Assembly (NCBI RefSeq): GCF_018977255.1
Contig: NW_024705586.1
Location: forward strand, 1 to 33,083
From: Callorhinchus milii
Lineage: Eukaryota
Direction of reading: 5' to 3'
DNA: 33,083 nucleotides
The notes under the pieces were generated by a model. It saw only the letters and a program-made list of their open reading frames with translations, was not told the origin of the DNA and did no database searches. The position numbers were made by a program, and so were the translations under genes. Shown here piece by piece: positions 31,380 to 33,083 of this stretch (position 1 is its first letter; each line of letters begins with the position of its first letter).

Positions 31380-33083
31380 ACAGACACAGAGACACAGACA
31401 CAGAGAGACACAGACACAGAGATACAGAGACACAGAGACAGACATCTCCCCACAGTCTCTCTCTCACCCACACAAATTCTCTCTCTCTCCGTCACACACA
31501 CACACACACAGTCTCTCTCTCTCACACACACAGTCTCTCTCTCTTACACACACACACGTTCTCTCTCTGTCACACACACACGTTCTCTCTCTCTCTCAGA
31601 CACACACACACGTTCTCTCTCTGTCACACACACACCGTCTCTCTCTCTCTCACACACGCACACACATTCTCTTTCTCTCTCACACACAGTCTCTCTCTCT
31701 CTCTCACACACACACACATTCTCTCTCTCACACACAAACAGAGTCTCTCTCTCTCACACACACAGTCTCTTTTTGTCTCACACTCACAGTCTCTGTCTTA
31801 CTCACACACACTCTCTCTCTCTTTCTCTCTCTCACACACACAGTCTGTCTCTCACACACACACAGTCTGTCTCTCTCACACACACAGTCTCTCTCTCACA
31901 CACACAGTCTCTGCCTCTCACACACACAGTCTCTCTATCACACACACACAATTTTTCTCTCTCACAGACAATCTCTCGATCTCACTCACAAACACAGTCT
32001 CTCTCACACACATACACAGTCTCTCTTACACACAGTCTCTGTCTTTCACACACACACACAGAATCTCTCTCTCTCACACACACATTGCCTCTCTCTCTCT
32101 CACACACACACAGTCTCTCTCACACACAACGTCTCTCTTTTTGACACAGGCTCTCTCAAACACACACCGTCTCTCTCCCACACACTCACTCTCTATCTCA
32201 CACACACATTATCTTTCTCTCTCACACACACAGTGTCTCTCTCTCACACACACACAGTTTCTCTCACAAATAAAGTCACTCTCTCTCTCACACACACTTT
32301 CTCCCTCCCACTCTCTCACAAACACTGTCTTTCTCTGTTTCTCTCTCACAAACACACAATCTCTCTCTGTATCACACAAGCAGTCTCTCTCTGGCTCTCT
32401 CAGACACACATTATGTCTCTCTCACACACGGTCCTCCTCTCTCTATTTCTCTCACATACACAGTCTCTCAGTCACACACAAACAGTCACTCTCTGTGCCT
32501 CTCACACATACAGTCTCTTATTATCTCACACACACAGTCATTCTCTCTCACACACACTCACAGAGTCTCTATCTCTCTCTCTCTCTCTCTCTAACACACA
32601 TATACAGTATCCGGCTGTGCCTCTCTCACACAGAGTATCTTTCTCTCTCTCATACACACAGTCTCGCTCTCTCTCCCTCTATCACACACGGAGTCTCTCT
32701 CTCTCTCACACACACACACCGTCTCTCTCTCAAACACACAGTCTCTCTCTCTCACTCAAACAGTCTCTCTCTCACACACTCTCTCACACATACAGTGTCG
32801 CTCTCTCTCTCTCCCTCTCTCTCATAAACGCAAACACACACACAATCTTTCTCTGTCTCTCTCTCTCTCACAGTCACACCCTCTCTTTCTGTCTCTCTCT
32901 TTCTCAAAAGCACTCAGTCTCTTTCTGTTTATCTCTCTCACAATCACACAGTCTCTTTATATCTCTCTCACTCACAAACAGTCTCTTTCTGTTTCACACA
33001 TAGTCTCTCTCACAAACACACATTTTCTGTCTCACACACAGACTCTCTCTCTCTCTCTCAAACACACACAAACATGCCGTCTC
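31380..33083. repeat. Compound (CA)n/(CT)n low-complexity satellite (CACACACAGTCTCTCTCT-like units)
   Basis: Direct reading; runs to the window end. Confidence 0.95.

Noticed and set aside
31113..33003. Long ORFs of 343, 498 and 256 aa (S/L/H/T-rich)
   Set aside because: They are translations of CA/CT microsatellite that lacks stop codons by composition.

Overview
Vertebrate genomic DNA, almost certainly from a cartilaginous fish and probably a holocephalan such as elephant shark. This is inferred from the repeat and GPCR families, not proven. The window holds two convergently oriented orphan class A GPCR genes of the shark-expanded 'GPR139-like' type. One is a partial + strand copy (1-797) with a 1-nt frameshift in a G run; the other is an intact two-exon - strand copy (20438-20360 joined to 18588-17687, 326 aa). 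Four damaged tRNA genes (Asp, Ile, Gln, Asn) are interspersed, and the Ile gene is split by an L2 3'-end insertion with a GATC duplication. Much of the rest is retroposon debris: L2 LINEs of two tail types, CR1 LINEs, tRNA-headed Deu-domain SINEs sharing the L2 tail, and a probable Penelope relic. An unexplained array of about 19 copies of a ~35-bp motif with a ~66-bp period lies at 12320-14160. A CpG-rich promoter-like region (YY1-like 36-bp repeats, ZNF143 motif, candidate first exon) lies at about 30880-31360, followed by CA/CT low-complexity sequence. Repeat boundaries are read by eye and approximate. No prokaryotic system was found.
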